Source: Podarcis muralis
Lineage: Eukaryota
NCBI RefSeq assembly: GCF_964188315.1
Contig: NC_135664.1
Coordinates: 40,424,001 to 40,488,000 of the forward strand
Length of the DNA: 64,000 nt
Reading direction: 5' to 3'
Below, piece after piece: positions 12,601 through 24,600 of this stretch. How positions within the stretch are numbered: position 1 is the stretch's first letter; every line of letters starts with the position of its first letter. The position numbers were made by a program, and so were the translations under genes. The notes below the pieces were generated by a model. It did not search any database and was not told the origin of the DNA. It saw only the letters and a program-made list of their open reading frames with translations.

Positions 12601-13269
12601 AGAGAATTGGCATCACTCTGAGAAGGTCATCTAAATAAATCATCACTAATGAGGCATCTGCCATTTAAAATAAAGCATCATTGCCTTGTCGCTGTGCAAT
12701 TTCTTACTAAATTAGTTTCCACATATGGCATCAGGTCCAATCTTTTCCTGCCATCGTTGATGCTTTGCGATCACAAAACAGGGCTATCTATGGAAACAAG
12801 GCTGTGGGCATCAGTAAACAGATAAGGGCTGTGTCTCAATAGAAAGCATTTGGGAAAGCACTCCACGCTCTGCATTCTCCCCATCCTTCATGATTCCCTT
12901 CCATATAAATATGCAATCAGCTGCACTCCCACCCTCCCCTCCCCAGGGTGCAGAGAGCGTGTATTTGCTACTACTGCTTTGTCACACTTAGGAAGGGAGA
13001 GGGGCTTGGACTGATTACAGGGCTCCCTGCTTCTTTTGATGTCGTGGGTCAAGTAGGAAGAAATTAATGCAGCCCCAGGGACACTTGCTCTCCTGGTCAA
13101 TTGCCCCTTGTCCTGCCATATTTTGCCAGGAGTACAAAACTAAATTCTCTACAAACATTGGAACAGGGAGGAATGAGAATTTGTTGTATGCACTTCTTTC
13201 TCTTTTTTTTTAACAGAGGCATGATTTAGGGTACATTTTGCTTTGGCTCTGCATTACACAATTTTTTAA

Positions 13270-13285
13270 ACACACACACACATAC

Positions 13286-13329
<44 letters not shown>
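13270..13329. repeat. (AC)n(AG)n compound microsatellite
   Basis: Direct reading. Confidence 0.9.
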
Positions 13330-13331
<2 letters not shown>

Positions 13332-15417
13332 GACACAGCTGAACTCTAAACACAGGCTAAGTAATAACAAAGTGGCTTTTTTTTATTACCTAATACAACA
13401 TAGATTCCCCTAGGAATAGGTGTGTGGCCTCCAGGAACTGAGCAAACTTAGGGTAAATATGCCTCACTGCTGTGTGGTTCAGAGATCCTTATTATCAGTG
13501 TAAAAAAGAAAAATGAAAAAGGTCAGGGGCTTTGAATTAAATGTTTATTTAGGCATGTCTATCCAGGCATGCAGAAGTTGGCGTGTTTTAATCTCTTTCA
13601 CTATTCATTTTAATTATTTTTAAATATTTTAGTTGTTTTAAACTGTTTTTATTGATCATTTTAATACTTGTTACCGGCTTTACTACCATCAAGTGCCATG
13701 TAAATTTTGTTAGATAACAAAAATACCAATTTCCAGTTTCTATTAGATCCCACTCATCCTTAAATTCCCTAACCTGGCCCCACCCTTGAAGCTTTTAAGC
13801 TGGGGACACTCAATGCATTGCCACCCAGGTGTTATTAAGAGTCCAACTCCCATCAGCTTCAGCCAGCCTAGTTAATGGTCAGCAGTTGTAGTCCACCAGC
13901 ATTGAAGGAGCTTGCTATGGTGTGCTCCACCCAGTCTATAATTGGGAATGTGGCATAAATAGCTTATTCCACAGTCCCTGTCTTTTGTGGGCATGAGGAT
14001 GCAGCCATCATTATCCCAGTACATATATCTGAAGTTTTGGAGACTGCTGTAACCTACTTCTAGGGCTATTTGATTTCTCTGCTCTCTGGCTCATAGCAGA
14101 CTTCACTGGAGGTTCTGTGGGAAGTGTTGATGCTGACAAACCTTTGTAGATACAATTACATGGATGGTCCCAGCCAATCAGGGATTACATAGTGAATAGC
14201 ACAAAGCCACAATGCTACCGTATGTAGCCATTTTTTTTGCCTTATGACATCATTGCAAATAAACAAAAGCAACTGAGAGAGAAGATAATCGCTGGGAATA
14301 CTCCCAAATAGGAGGTGCTTTTTGACCATGACACATATTCACAAAACACATTCAATTATTTCAACTCAGCCATTGATCTCCCCACCAACAGCACCAATCA
14401 GGAAGGCATGTAAACATATCACAGTTTACTCTCTGATTAACTATTAGACTACACCTGACTGATAAGTCTTAGAGAACTACATCAGAGTTTGGTGGACAGT
14501 GTGTAGAGATGGGAGTGCCAGAAGTTAATCATATTCTTCCATTTGCCTTTTTTCTGCCATGGGGGGCAATGGGGGGAGGGGGGGAATAGCAGCATGACTG
14601 CCCCAACACTAGTTAATAACATTCTTCTCAAAGTCAATATAAATGTGAAACCAGCCATGCAACACTGGGATCTCATACTGGTCTTTAGAAGCATGCAGAT
14701 CCCTTGAATATTAAAACCATGCCCTCCCCACAACAAGTCTCAATTTGATAAATTGCAGATTCACTATAGCTCAAAACAAATAAGCAAAATCAATACCTTA
14801 CTTAATTTCAAGGTTGAAGAACTTTAGACATCACAGGATTGTGGAAATCCATTAAATATTGGGAAAGTGAAATCAAACGATGGTTTCATCTCTGCAAATT
14901 CAATGGTTTGGCCTGGTTTGAATAATTGCAAGCATTCAAGAACTGACATGTTACATTCCTGTAAATCATGTCTGTATGTGTGTGCTGTATTTATGATCAG
15001 CTAGAACTACAACTACACAGCTGGATCTACCATTTCTTCCCATCTCCATCCTTTGTTAGCTTTTCATAAATGATCTCCAATGAAGAATAAATGTTGGGCA
15101 ATGTGAATAAAGGTGAAAGTAACGTTGAAAAGTCCAGGGGGAAGTATGACTTCTTTTGTTCTTACAGCAAATAATAATAATTAATTAAAATTCAGCAGGC
15201 ATTGAAACTCATCAGCCACTGCCACTCCCTTTTGCAATAAGAGAGTGATAACGCTTTTCCGATTTGTATTTTTGTACTGGGGCTTTTGTTAAGAAATACT
15301 TAGGAAAAGCACCACATATAAAAAAATGAGATTCATATAGATCTATCAATCCTAGGTGCTATTTAGCTTATTTCCCCTTATTTGCAAGGTTTTTCATTAA
15401 AAAAAAAATTAAAGGTA

Positions 15418-15773
15418 AGGTAAAGGTACCCCTGCCCATACAGGCCAGTTGTGACCGACTCTAGGGTTGCGCGCTCATCTCGCTCAAGAGGCCGGGAGCC
15501 AGCACCGTCCGAAGACACTTCTGGGTCACGTGGCCAGCGTGACGAAGCTGCAACTGGCAAGCCAGCACCAGTGCCGCACACGGAAACGCCGTTTACCTTC
15601 CTGCTATAAACCTATTTATCCACTTGCACTTTGGGGTGCTTTCGAACTGCTAGGTGGGCAGGAGCTGGGACCGAACGACGGGAGCTCACCCCGCCGCAGG
15701 GATTTGAACCGCCGACCTTACGATCAGCAAGTCTTAGGCACTGAGGTTTTACCCACGGCGCCACCTGCGTCCC
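15418..15773 (-). mobile_element. Sauria SINE (Squam1), full length
   Basis: Minus strand starts GGGACGC, B-box GGTTCAAATCC, ends in (ACCTTT)-type tail; TSD TTAAAGGTA at 15409-15417 and 15775-15783; highly similar to 39007-39371. Confidence 0.92.
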
Positions 15774-15889
15774 TTTAAAGGTATCTCCTGCTTATTTCTC
15801 AAGGCAGCAGATGAAACAATAAACATCCACATTTATGTGCCAACACAGAATCCTAATTTTGCTATTAAAAACCAAAAACAATGACTGTG

Positions 15890-16000
15890 AGTTATATCCA
15901 GCATTACTCATACTCAGTAGACCCACTGAAATTAATGAACACAATTAATTTAGGAACATTAATTTCAACTGCTTTGAGCAAAACTTAGTCGACTACAACC
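15890..16000. repeat. Hairpin element, same family as 31742-31860
   Basis: TACTCAGTAGACCCACTGAAATTAATG ... CATTAATTTCAA..AAAACTTAGT. Confidence 0.55.
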
Positions 16001-16183
16001 CACTCTCTGGGAATAGTAGTCGAAACAGAAAAGCCCTTTTTTCAAAGGGCAAGTTTTTGTTTGCCACCTAAAACAATGGCGTGTGTTATCTCAGTAGGAA
16101 AGACCTTGCACTGGGATGGGGGGAGCCAGAACAGAAAAAGCCCCCTAGCTGCCAAGCTTCGTGTGGTTAAAGAATCTGGAGTA

Positions 16184-16834
16184 CAGTGGTACCTTGGTTC
16201 TCAAACGCCTTGGTTCCCAAACTCAAAAAACACAGAAGTGTTCTGGTTTTTGAATGTTTTTCGGAAGCCGGACGTCCAATGTGGCTGTCAGCTATTGTTT
16301 CCAGGGTGCCTGCACCAATCAGAAGCTGCGCCTTAGTTTTTGAACATTTCGGAAGTCAAACGGACTTCCGGAACAGATTAAGTTTGGTGCTTTTGTTTTT
16401 GCTATTTATTTTGCATTTTTGTTTTTGAGGCTTTTTCAGTTAATTTGTTTTTGTGAATGTGTGGAACCCAGTTTGGCTACTGATTGATTGATCTGGGTGG
16501 CTGCGGAAACAGATAAAAGCCCCCCATCCAAACAGTGACTATCATCAGTGCAGGTAAGAAAAAACATTAATTTTTATTTTTATCATCTACAATACTGTCT
16601 TATTTATTTTATAGTACAGTACAATGATTATTGCTTTCATTCTATGGATCAATGTTCTCGTTAGATAGTAAAATTGATGTTAAATTGCTGTTTTAGGGGT
16701 TGTTTTTAAAAGTCTGGAACGGATTAATCCATTTTGCATTACTTTCTATGGGAAAGCGTGCCTTGGTTTGGGAACGCTTTGGTTTTGGAACAGAATTCCA
16801 GAATGGATTTTGTTTGAGAACCAAGGTACCACTG
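16184..16834. mobile_element. Tc1/mariner (Tigger-like) non-autonomous element
   Basis: TIR CAGTGGTACCTTGGTTCTCAAAC / GTTTGAGAACCAAGGTACCACTG; TA on left flank only; no transposase ORF. Confidence 0.8.
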
Positions 16835-17361
16835 CCGTACCTTAGACAGTGACAGGAGAGGACTTGTGGAGGAAAGTGGTCATTAAGATACCCAGGTCCC
16901 TACCCATTTAGAGCTTTAAAGGTGAAGATTAGCACCTTGAATGGAACCAGAAAACAAGCTGTCACCCTGTGTAGATCAAACAATAATAATATGGTCAAAA
17001 TACTTCACTGTGGTCAACACACAGCATTTGTGTCAGTGGACGTTTCTGGACCCTTTTCAAGGGCAGCCCTACATAGAACACACATTACAGGAGATTAATC
17101 TGGAAGTAATTACAACACGAAAGACCATGACAAGGTCTGGGACAAGGTTTTGTAAATGGAAAAGGACACTCCTTCCTTGAAACTTTTGTTGTTGTTGTTA
17201 AGCCTGGAGCCTAGCCCTCTGGCTGTTCTCATGGGAAGGTTTTGTGATGTAACATCTTCTCAGGGACATTTCTGAAAGTGCTGCAGCGAGGCTAGACAGC
17301 TGCAGTCCCTTGTGCTGCTGGCAAGCAGTCTGAGAAGCTCAAAGGAAGGAAAACAGCAGTG

Positions 17362-17530
17362 TAGGATACTGCAGTATGGCGAGTCAGACCATTGATCCAT
17401 ATAGCTCAGTATGGCCTGTGGTGACAGATGTTATCTCTCCAGGGTTTCAAGCAGGAGACATTCCCAGTCCTTACCCAGGGATTGAACCTGTGAAACTTCA
17501 ACACGCAGAGCACTGAGTCATGGCTGCTCC
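17362..17530 (-). mobile_element. tRNA-derived SINE with CR1-type tail (Squam2-like), degenerate
   Basis: GAGTCAGACCATTGATCCATATAGCTCAGTAT (CR1-type 3' end, reverse) and GGGATTGAACCTG B-box (reverse). Confidence 0.55.
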
Positions 17531-19088
17531 TCAAGCAACAGAAACAATGAAAAACACTTGTAGTCTTATGCAGCTCTTGAGTAAGGTATACACCAAACCT
17601 TCAACTCCAAACCTTGCCATTTTTCTTTACATTCACCCACTTCACTCAGAAGGAGATGAAAAGGGGTTCCCATCCCTGTGGGGGGAACAAAGAACCCTCA
17701 GAAGAAAGGGGCAGTTTTTGGTGCACCTTGGATCATTCGGACATGAGAAATATTGTGTTAGTTTTCCCAATTATTATGCTAGTGCTTCTGTTCTATTTCC
17801 TAATGTTTCTTGCACACTGGAGTGCTGTTTGCACTGTGGAACGATGGCTTTTCCACTGATATACCGATCTCTCATGCTAAATATAAGCCATACCAGTCAT
17901 GCTAAATATAAGCCACACCACTACTCCTCAACCTTTCCACACATATGTGCTTCTATTCACCCAGTATTCACACATGAAAAATGGCAGGAAAGAACTAGAT
18001 TCTGGCACACTGCCCCAAATTTCATCACTTTACTCCCACAATTTTCTGGGTTAACAGGGTTGCAAACAGATTTTTCTTCTTCTTCCTGGAAGTAATTAAC
18101 ACACCAATAAGTGCTAAACCTCCACTATATGCTGCTAGATTTCTGGAAGTGGCTCTTGGGGTCATGTTAAAGTTCAACTATAATGTGGAAATTAACAGTT
18201 AGAGAAATGAAATAAACTGACGTGCAAATGCAGCCCTTTACTTATTTCTGTTCAGAAATCTAGTCTTTTCTAGCCAGTCATCTTCTTTCTCTTCCTCCCT
18301 TCCTCTCGAGGTCTAGCATATATTGCTTCTTTCCTCAATTAATCAGCCAGATCACCCTATTCAGTCATCTGGGAGGATTTTAAATCTCAATTTCCTAAAT
18401 GAAAAAAATATATAAGGGGAGGGGGGAAGCTTAGCAGTTCATCCTTCTTAGCCAGAAAGCAACATTCAAGATGAGCTTCAGATGGCTTAGAATAATTACG
18501 GCCAGGCTTCAGTTTCACAAATGCTCAAATTACTCGGTTTATGTATCATTTAGATTAAAATATTGTCCAGAAGGTACTGAAGACACACCCTGATCCCCCT
18601 TCACATTTTAAGCCTGTATATGTGACCATTATGTGTCTAATATCTATTATTACATGTTGGGTGTGCTTATTAGAAGGGTTCAGTTCAACTATATTTGTCT
18701 TGAGCATACACTAGTAAACAAATGGGACTTGCAATAAAATGTTGACAGCGCAAAGTGCTCTGGATCAGGATTCCAGCCAGCCAGACTTTTTGCGGCGTAC
18801 TACATTTCTTCCATGTCCCCAATTCCTCCCCCCTCAACAGAAACTAAGTGCTCTGTGGCCAACTGACTAGTGGCAATTCAGAAGTGGGCAGGCCAGCAGG
18901 CTAGCTTAGGGGATGCAGGCAATGCCACATCACACACACAGTTCTGCCTTCCAACACCACACTGCTACTGCGCTGCTCACCCAGCATTCGCCGCCTGAGG
19001 CAGCTGTCTTACTCGGCCTAATAGTAGGACCGGCCTGTTCCTATTAAGGGAATTTATCTGACCATCATGGTTGAGAAATTAACTTTGA

Positions 19089-19271
19089 GCACATCTGCAC
19101 CATGCATCTGAAGCACATGGCTCCCCTATACCAAGAATCCTGGGAGTTTGTTAAGGGTGCTGGGAACTTTAGCTCTTTGAGGGTAAAAACTACAGTTTCC
19201 AGTATTATTTTGAGGGGAAGGAGCCATGGCTGTTAAAGTGGTACAAATACGCTTTAGATGTGTGGTGTGCA
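19089..19271. mobile_element. Hairpin MITE
   Basis: Imperfect inverted arms CACATGGCTCCCC..GGAAGGAGCCATGG; internal CTGGGAACT / AACTACAGTTTCCAG. Confidence 0.45.
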
Positions 19272-19935
19272 TGTGATCTTTGGCTCTTCCAAGATTACAA
19301 AGCGGGTGGATTCCTTCAGCTTATTTGCATCCAGCTTCCCAGCAACCTCCACTTTGCACCTGCTTGGCAACAGCGCGTGTTCTAAGGCAGGAATCAGCAC
19401 CACAGCATTTAGTTCAGCCTTAGCACCCTGTTACAGTTATTATGCAGATAAGCAGAATGTTTATGAAAGAGCTGAGGAAAATGCATGCATAGAATTAAAA
19501 CTTCCTGCCTGAGTCTGAAATGCTTTTTTGAAGTTAATGAGAACGGCTTTGGACGTTAGAGTGATTATAATTCTTTATTTCTGCTTTGTAAATAAAGTCA
19601 GTTGTGGGGGTTTTTTTAGGAGGAGGTTGAGAAAAAGTGAAACTTGAAATATTGTTTTACCTGTCTAAGGCAACTTAGTAAATATTTAATTACATTACTT
19701 TAAATAGTGGTAGGTTAAAACAAAGGGGTGGAGCAACCCATAAAAATGCAGTTTGTTTAGGACTTTGATCTTTTTTTATCACACTCATCTGCCTCTTTCT
19801 TTTTTATGTATTATTTAGTTAGCTATTCAATTTATATCCTCCACGAGAAGCCCAGGGCAGAAAGCAACAAGTGATAAAGCAATAAAATAAATATTCAAAA
19901 CAATTCCCAGTCTGGGAAAGATCTCATCTTAAAAG

Positions 19936-20434
19936 CAGGCATGTTCAAAGTCCGGCCCGCTGGTCGATTTAATCCGGCCCCTGTGGCAGTTTATTTCCTG
20001 GTGTAAAATTTTGAAAAAAGCTGAACAACTTCAATCCCCAAAAAAGCTGAACAGTGTGGTGTAGTGGTTAAGAGCGGTAGACTCATAATCTGGTGAACCA
20101 CGTTAGCGTCTCCGCTCCTCCACATGCAGCAGCTGGGTGACCTTGGGCTAGTCACACTTCTTGAAGTCTCTCAGCCCCACTCACCTCACAGAGTGTTTGT
20201 TGTGGGGGAGGAAAGGAAAGGAGATTGTTAGCCACTTTGAGACTCCTTAGGGTAGTGATAAAGCGGGATATCAAATACAAACTTTGGGGGGAAATCCCCC
20301 CCAAAGCACAACAACTTCACTCCTAAACAACTTCAGGGTTAAATACTTAAAAAATCTCAACAACTTTGGTTGGCCCTCACACCTGTTCACTTCATCAAAT
20401 CTGGCCCTCTTTGAATAAAGTTTTGACACCCCTG
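19936..20434. mobile_element. hAT (Charlie-like) MITE
   Basis: CAGGCATGTTCAAAGTCCGGCCC ... TTTGACACCCCTG; CTTAAAAG at 19928-19935 and 20436-20443 (1-nt register offset). Confidence 0.7.
20052..20283 (+). mobile_element. Squam3-type SINE, young full-length copy
   Basis: CAGTGTGGTGTAGTGGTTAAGAGC head, GGGTGACCTTGGGCTAGTCAC core, L2-like tail GCGGGATATCAAAT; close reverse-complement match to 60157-60419. Confidence 0.85.
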
Positions 20435-21519
20435 GCTTAAAAGGCTTGTTGAGATAGGAAGGTGTTCCATAGGTGCTGAAAAGACAATAGCAATAGTATC
20501 TGTCTAATATTCAAGGGGAGCTGATTCCAAGGGGCAGGTCACTAAAGGCCAGACTCCAACATTGTACAGAGCAGATCTCCTGATAAGATGTTATCTGCAG
20601 AAGGCCCTCACCTGCAGAGCACAATGATGAAATGGGCATTTAAGGAGTGAGATGATCTTTCAGGTATCTGGTCCAAAGCTGTACAGGAATTCATATACCA
20701 AAACCAGCTTGAACTTAGCCCTGCAGCTAATGGCCAGCCAGTGCAATTCTTTCAACAGCAGGGTAAGACACTAGCAAAATCTTACCCCAGAAAAAAAAAT
20801 GCAATAAATTTTATTTAAAACAATAATGAAAGGTGAGCTGGCATACTATGCAGGTGAGGTAAAAGTAGTATAGTAAAAGCCACAAAAAGTCTGAGAAATC
20901 TCAAACTTGACAAAGAATTGAGTGTGTGTGAGAGAGAGCTTAATACATGCAAAGCACCATATGTCAAATAATCCTACCTCCATATGTGCTTTGATAGGTT
21001 CTGATGTGGCTTTACTGACACAGAAAGCAGTCTTGCAGTGGAAGAGAACAATCACAGTAAATAATATGCTCTCAATATGCCGTGACAGTAAAAAAATGGG
21101 AAAGGCTTGTTAAGAATTCTTAGAAAAGGGATTAAAAAGTATCATGGTAATTGCACAAAGAGAGGGTGTGTCTGAATTTGGAACAGTCTGTACATTTATG
21201 ATTGCCCATTTCCAAATGGATATATTGGAAATAAAGAAGGTAACATAAATGATCCAAGGGAATCTATCAGTTCTTAACTAACAATGCCATTCTATTCTTG
21301 TCTACCCAAAAGTAAGTCCCCTTATGCAGAGCTCTGCAGCCTAAGAATTAGGATGTGTGCTCCAGCACATCCAACAAGATCTGGAGGGCCGCAGACTCCC
21401 CACTCCTGCGTCAAACAGTTGAGAATGGTTGCTTTGCAAATAAGGTTAGTGAAAGGAGAATGTAATGTAAGATGGTATGGGAAGTGTGACTGCAGAAATA
21501 TGCTTTCTTCTCTCTCCCA

Positions 21520-21680
21520 CACATGCACAAATACAAGAACTCAAGGTCATCAAGTGAGAACTGAGAGACTATTTCGGAAAAGAACATATGGAACTCAATG
21601 AGCGAGGATGTCATGATGGCCACAAATAAATATGGCAATAGCTTTTTTAAAGGATTAGTTGTGTTAATGAACTGGGAGAA
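21520..21680 (+). mobile_element. CR1 LINE 3' fragment, old
   Basis: TGGAACTCAATGAGCGAGGATGTCATGATGGCCAC..TTTAAAGGATTAG resembles 43480-43560. Confidence 0.45.
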
Positions 21681-24600
21681 GAACACACAAGTACTGCTAC
21701 CAATGTAGTTTTTTATTTCTTTTTGTCTCTAAGGTCAGAGTTATGCTATAGCTTTATGAGAAAACTGGCAAAAGATATAATCCATTTTCATCACTGCCTT
21801 CTAGTCATAATTGTTAGAAATGCAATCTCCATTTTCATTTATAAGAAACTGGATCGTGTTGATCCTATAGGGGAAGACAAGCCTCCTGGCAAACTTCCTG
21901 GGGAAGGCTTTGCCAACCTGTTGCCCTCCAGATGTTTTGGACTGGAACTCCCATCAGCCCAAGCAAGCACAGTTTAGGAAAGCCTGTTCTAGGAGATGTG
22001 GCTGGCCTCTAGGGACAAATTGCTGATGTAGGTAATTGGAAAGGTAATAGCCTTCCATGTATCCATATAAGATGTGCCCCAAAGGAAGGATGAATGCACA
22101 TAATTCCGAGGACAAGGGCAGCCAACGTGGTGGTCTCTAGATGCTGAGGACCACAACTCTCATCAGCGCCAGCCAGCATGGCCAATGGAGTTGCAGTCCA
22201 TGTGGGCAATTACTGTCTGGGAAAGCCCCATAGCAAGTGCAGAAAACCACTTGTCAAGACCTAATAGCTTACGGATGCCCCATTCTTGAACTTTAAATTC
22301 ATATGGGATGTTATGTGAGAATGTGTAACTGGCTTGAATGAGTCCAAAGGGTTGAAATGGTCCAAGTGGCACTTGAACGCACATCCATCTGGCTGTAACC
22401 TTAGGCTGATAAAAGGTAGACTGTTGGAGTGTTGTTCCATCACAAGTCACCTTGGCAATACTAATGGAATAGGCTGTCTAAAGTCCTGCTGAAAACCTAG
22501 GGTCGCACTTTTCTCTAGCCCATAAGCTCCATGCTCTATTCATTCTTCTGTAATGGGTGTTATTAAAAGAAACTTCAAATGCATCTCTCTTAGCTAGTGT
22601 CCTCTCCTGTCTTGTGTGCTGCTGCTGATTGGAATTTCAATTAAAATATATTTCTCAATTATATCTATTATAATAAACTATACGAGCAAGTGTTTTTGCA
22701 TCTTCCATTTATGCCTAATTAATCATTCTAGGACTGCCAGTACAGGGAGCAGCAAAGTCAACCTCGTCTGCGAGAAGTACTAAAAGCAAGACATATTTAT
22801 TATGCTTAACTGCTTAAATTATAAAAAGGCCACGCTCACAGCTCAATGGGAATTTGTGTGTGTTATGTTTGCAAGCAAGTGCTTTCCCTGATTGACTAAA
22901 GAAGCATCTTAAAGTCTTTAAAGGATAACAGGGCTCTGTTGCTGAGTAACTCACTTAAAAAAAAAAGTTAATTAAACTTTTGGTCTGATACACTGTTTCC
23001 TACTTGGAACAGACAAGGTATTGCTTCACTTGGAAAACTTAAAAGTGGAAACTGCTTCCCCAAAGCTGATAATCTTTCTTATCAGATTAATGCAACATTT
23101 ATATTTAGAGTGAAACAGCAACAACCCAATATTACAATGAATGGCTGACAACTCTACCCAACCCCCCAAACTGAAAAAGGCAGGATTTAATCTGGAATGC
23201 TAACACAAAAATTATGGCAACCAACCAGTTACTAAACGAAAATGAACACTCAATCCCAACCAACCAACCAACCAATGACCCGACCCTCATCTCTCTAAAT
23301 TAAAACAGTCAAGATTTCATATATTACACTTACACAAAATGGTTTCAAAATAACTAGCTATCAACTGACCCGGTATTCTTTTGTCCCCTGACTACATCTT
23401 CTAAGGTCACAGGCTCACCTTTAATCAATGGACAATTTGCATACATTTAGATTACTTTGCATATGTTACTACATTATAGCTGGTTTTAACTCTGAGAAGT
23501 GGCAGCCTTGGTACACACAGGGCCCATTGTGAAATAATATAATCCCATTTTTCCCATTTTCAAATGTAGATTTATATCCCCAAAAGCATGAGCATTTTCA
23601 TTGCAATTTATAGTAGCTTCCATGCAGTAGTTATAACAAGCAGAATGTGTGAGGAGAAAGAGGAGAAATGAGCTCATAAAAGCCTCTGAAAAAATATACA
23701 CTCCTGATCACATGCAACATTGGGCCTAATTCTAAGAGAAGAGACATAAAGAATCTCACTTGATGGGTCCAGAAAAGACTATGCTGCAGATATGACTGCA
23801 TGCAATTGTTTATACACTCCTTTGCAGAAAGTTTTTCTACAGAGAAAAAGGTCCCCCTATATTTTTCCTTCCTCTGCAATCATTAGACATTGACAGTACT
23901 CAAGATTGCTGAGTAGTGGGGGCTGGGGCTTTTGGGGACTGATAGGTCAGAAGGCAGAAAGACTGACGGAAGATGAAGCCAGAGCCAATGACAGCTGCAA
24001 CCAACTAATTCTACCTTTGTCCCTGTCTTCCTGTCTGCTGATTTCTACAAGGGCAACACTGAGACTAAGGAGGAGAAGGCTGCGAGCCAGTGCCACCTCC
24101 TGAAATGATTGTAAGTAAGAAGGTAGGCAGGTGGGTGGGGATGCCTGGACCAGCCCAAGGCATTTTGCCACCTGAGGCAAGCCCCATCCCCGCCAGGGAA
24201 GAAAGGATGGCTGAAGGTCTACATCAGGAACAAGGGGGTGGGGAGGGAGATAAAGATATCCATTGGGAACAAGGGTGGGAGGACACCAGCAGCACCTCCT
24301 ATTTGACAAGAGGGGGTGTTGCTGAGGAGATTTGACCTCCAAGGAACATGCTGTATAGTAGTTGCACAAGGCAAGACTCTTCAGAATCATGTGGAACTAT
24401 ATTGTTCTTGCCAACACAGCAGAAGGCATGAATGTAATGTTGATGATTCTCAATCAAGATGTAGCAGGTGCTGCACGTAGGAAATGTAGAGTTCATTCTT
24501 ATATCTTCCTCATGCATTCAAAATAATGCACGACAGCTTAAACTGGAGACAGAGGCCATACAGAAATGTTCATTGCCCCTGCCCTCAGAATCCCTGCTCA

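Larger units (their letters stand above)
19805..20770 (-). mobile_element. L2 LINE 3' fragment, split by nested insertions
   Basis: 3' tail TTCAATTTATATCC at about 19825; ORF2 end and 3'UTR-like sequence at 20444-20770 similar to 50366-50990. Confidence 0.55.

Noticed and set aside
15418-15773. tRNA-like A/B boxes here and at 20052, 31099, 39007
   Set aside because: These are SINE heads, not tRNA genes: no complete cloverleaf or acceptor stem
17520-18095. 191-aa ORF
   Set aside because: Starts in a degenerate SINE, crosses a tandem duplication, and resembles no protein
19995-20360. Spaced short repeats (AAAAAAGCTGAACAACTT) superficially like a CRISPR array
   Set aside because: Irregular internal repeats of a eukaryotic hAT MITE; no constant repeat-spacer period and no cas genes
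23085-23460. Possible L1/Tx1 3'UTR remnant with (CCAA)n
   Set aside because: No diagnostic motif I can verify without a library search
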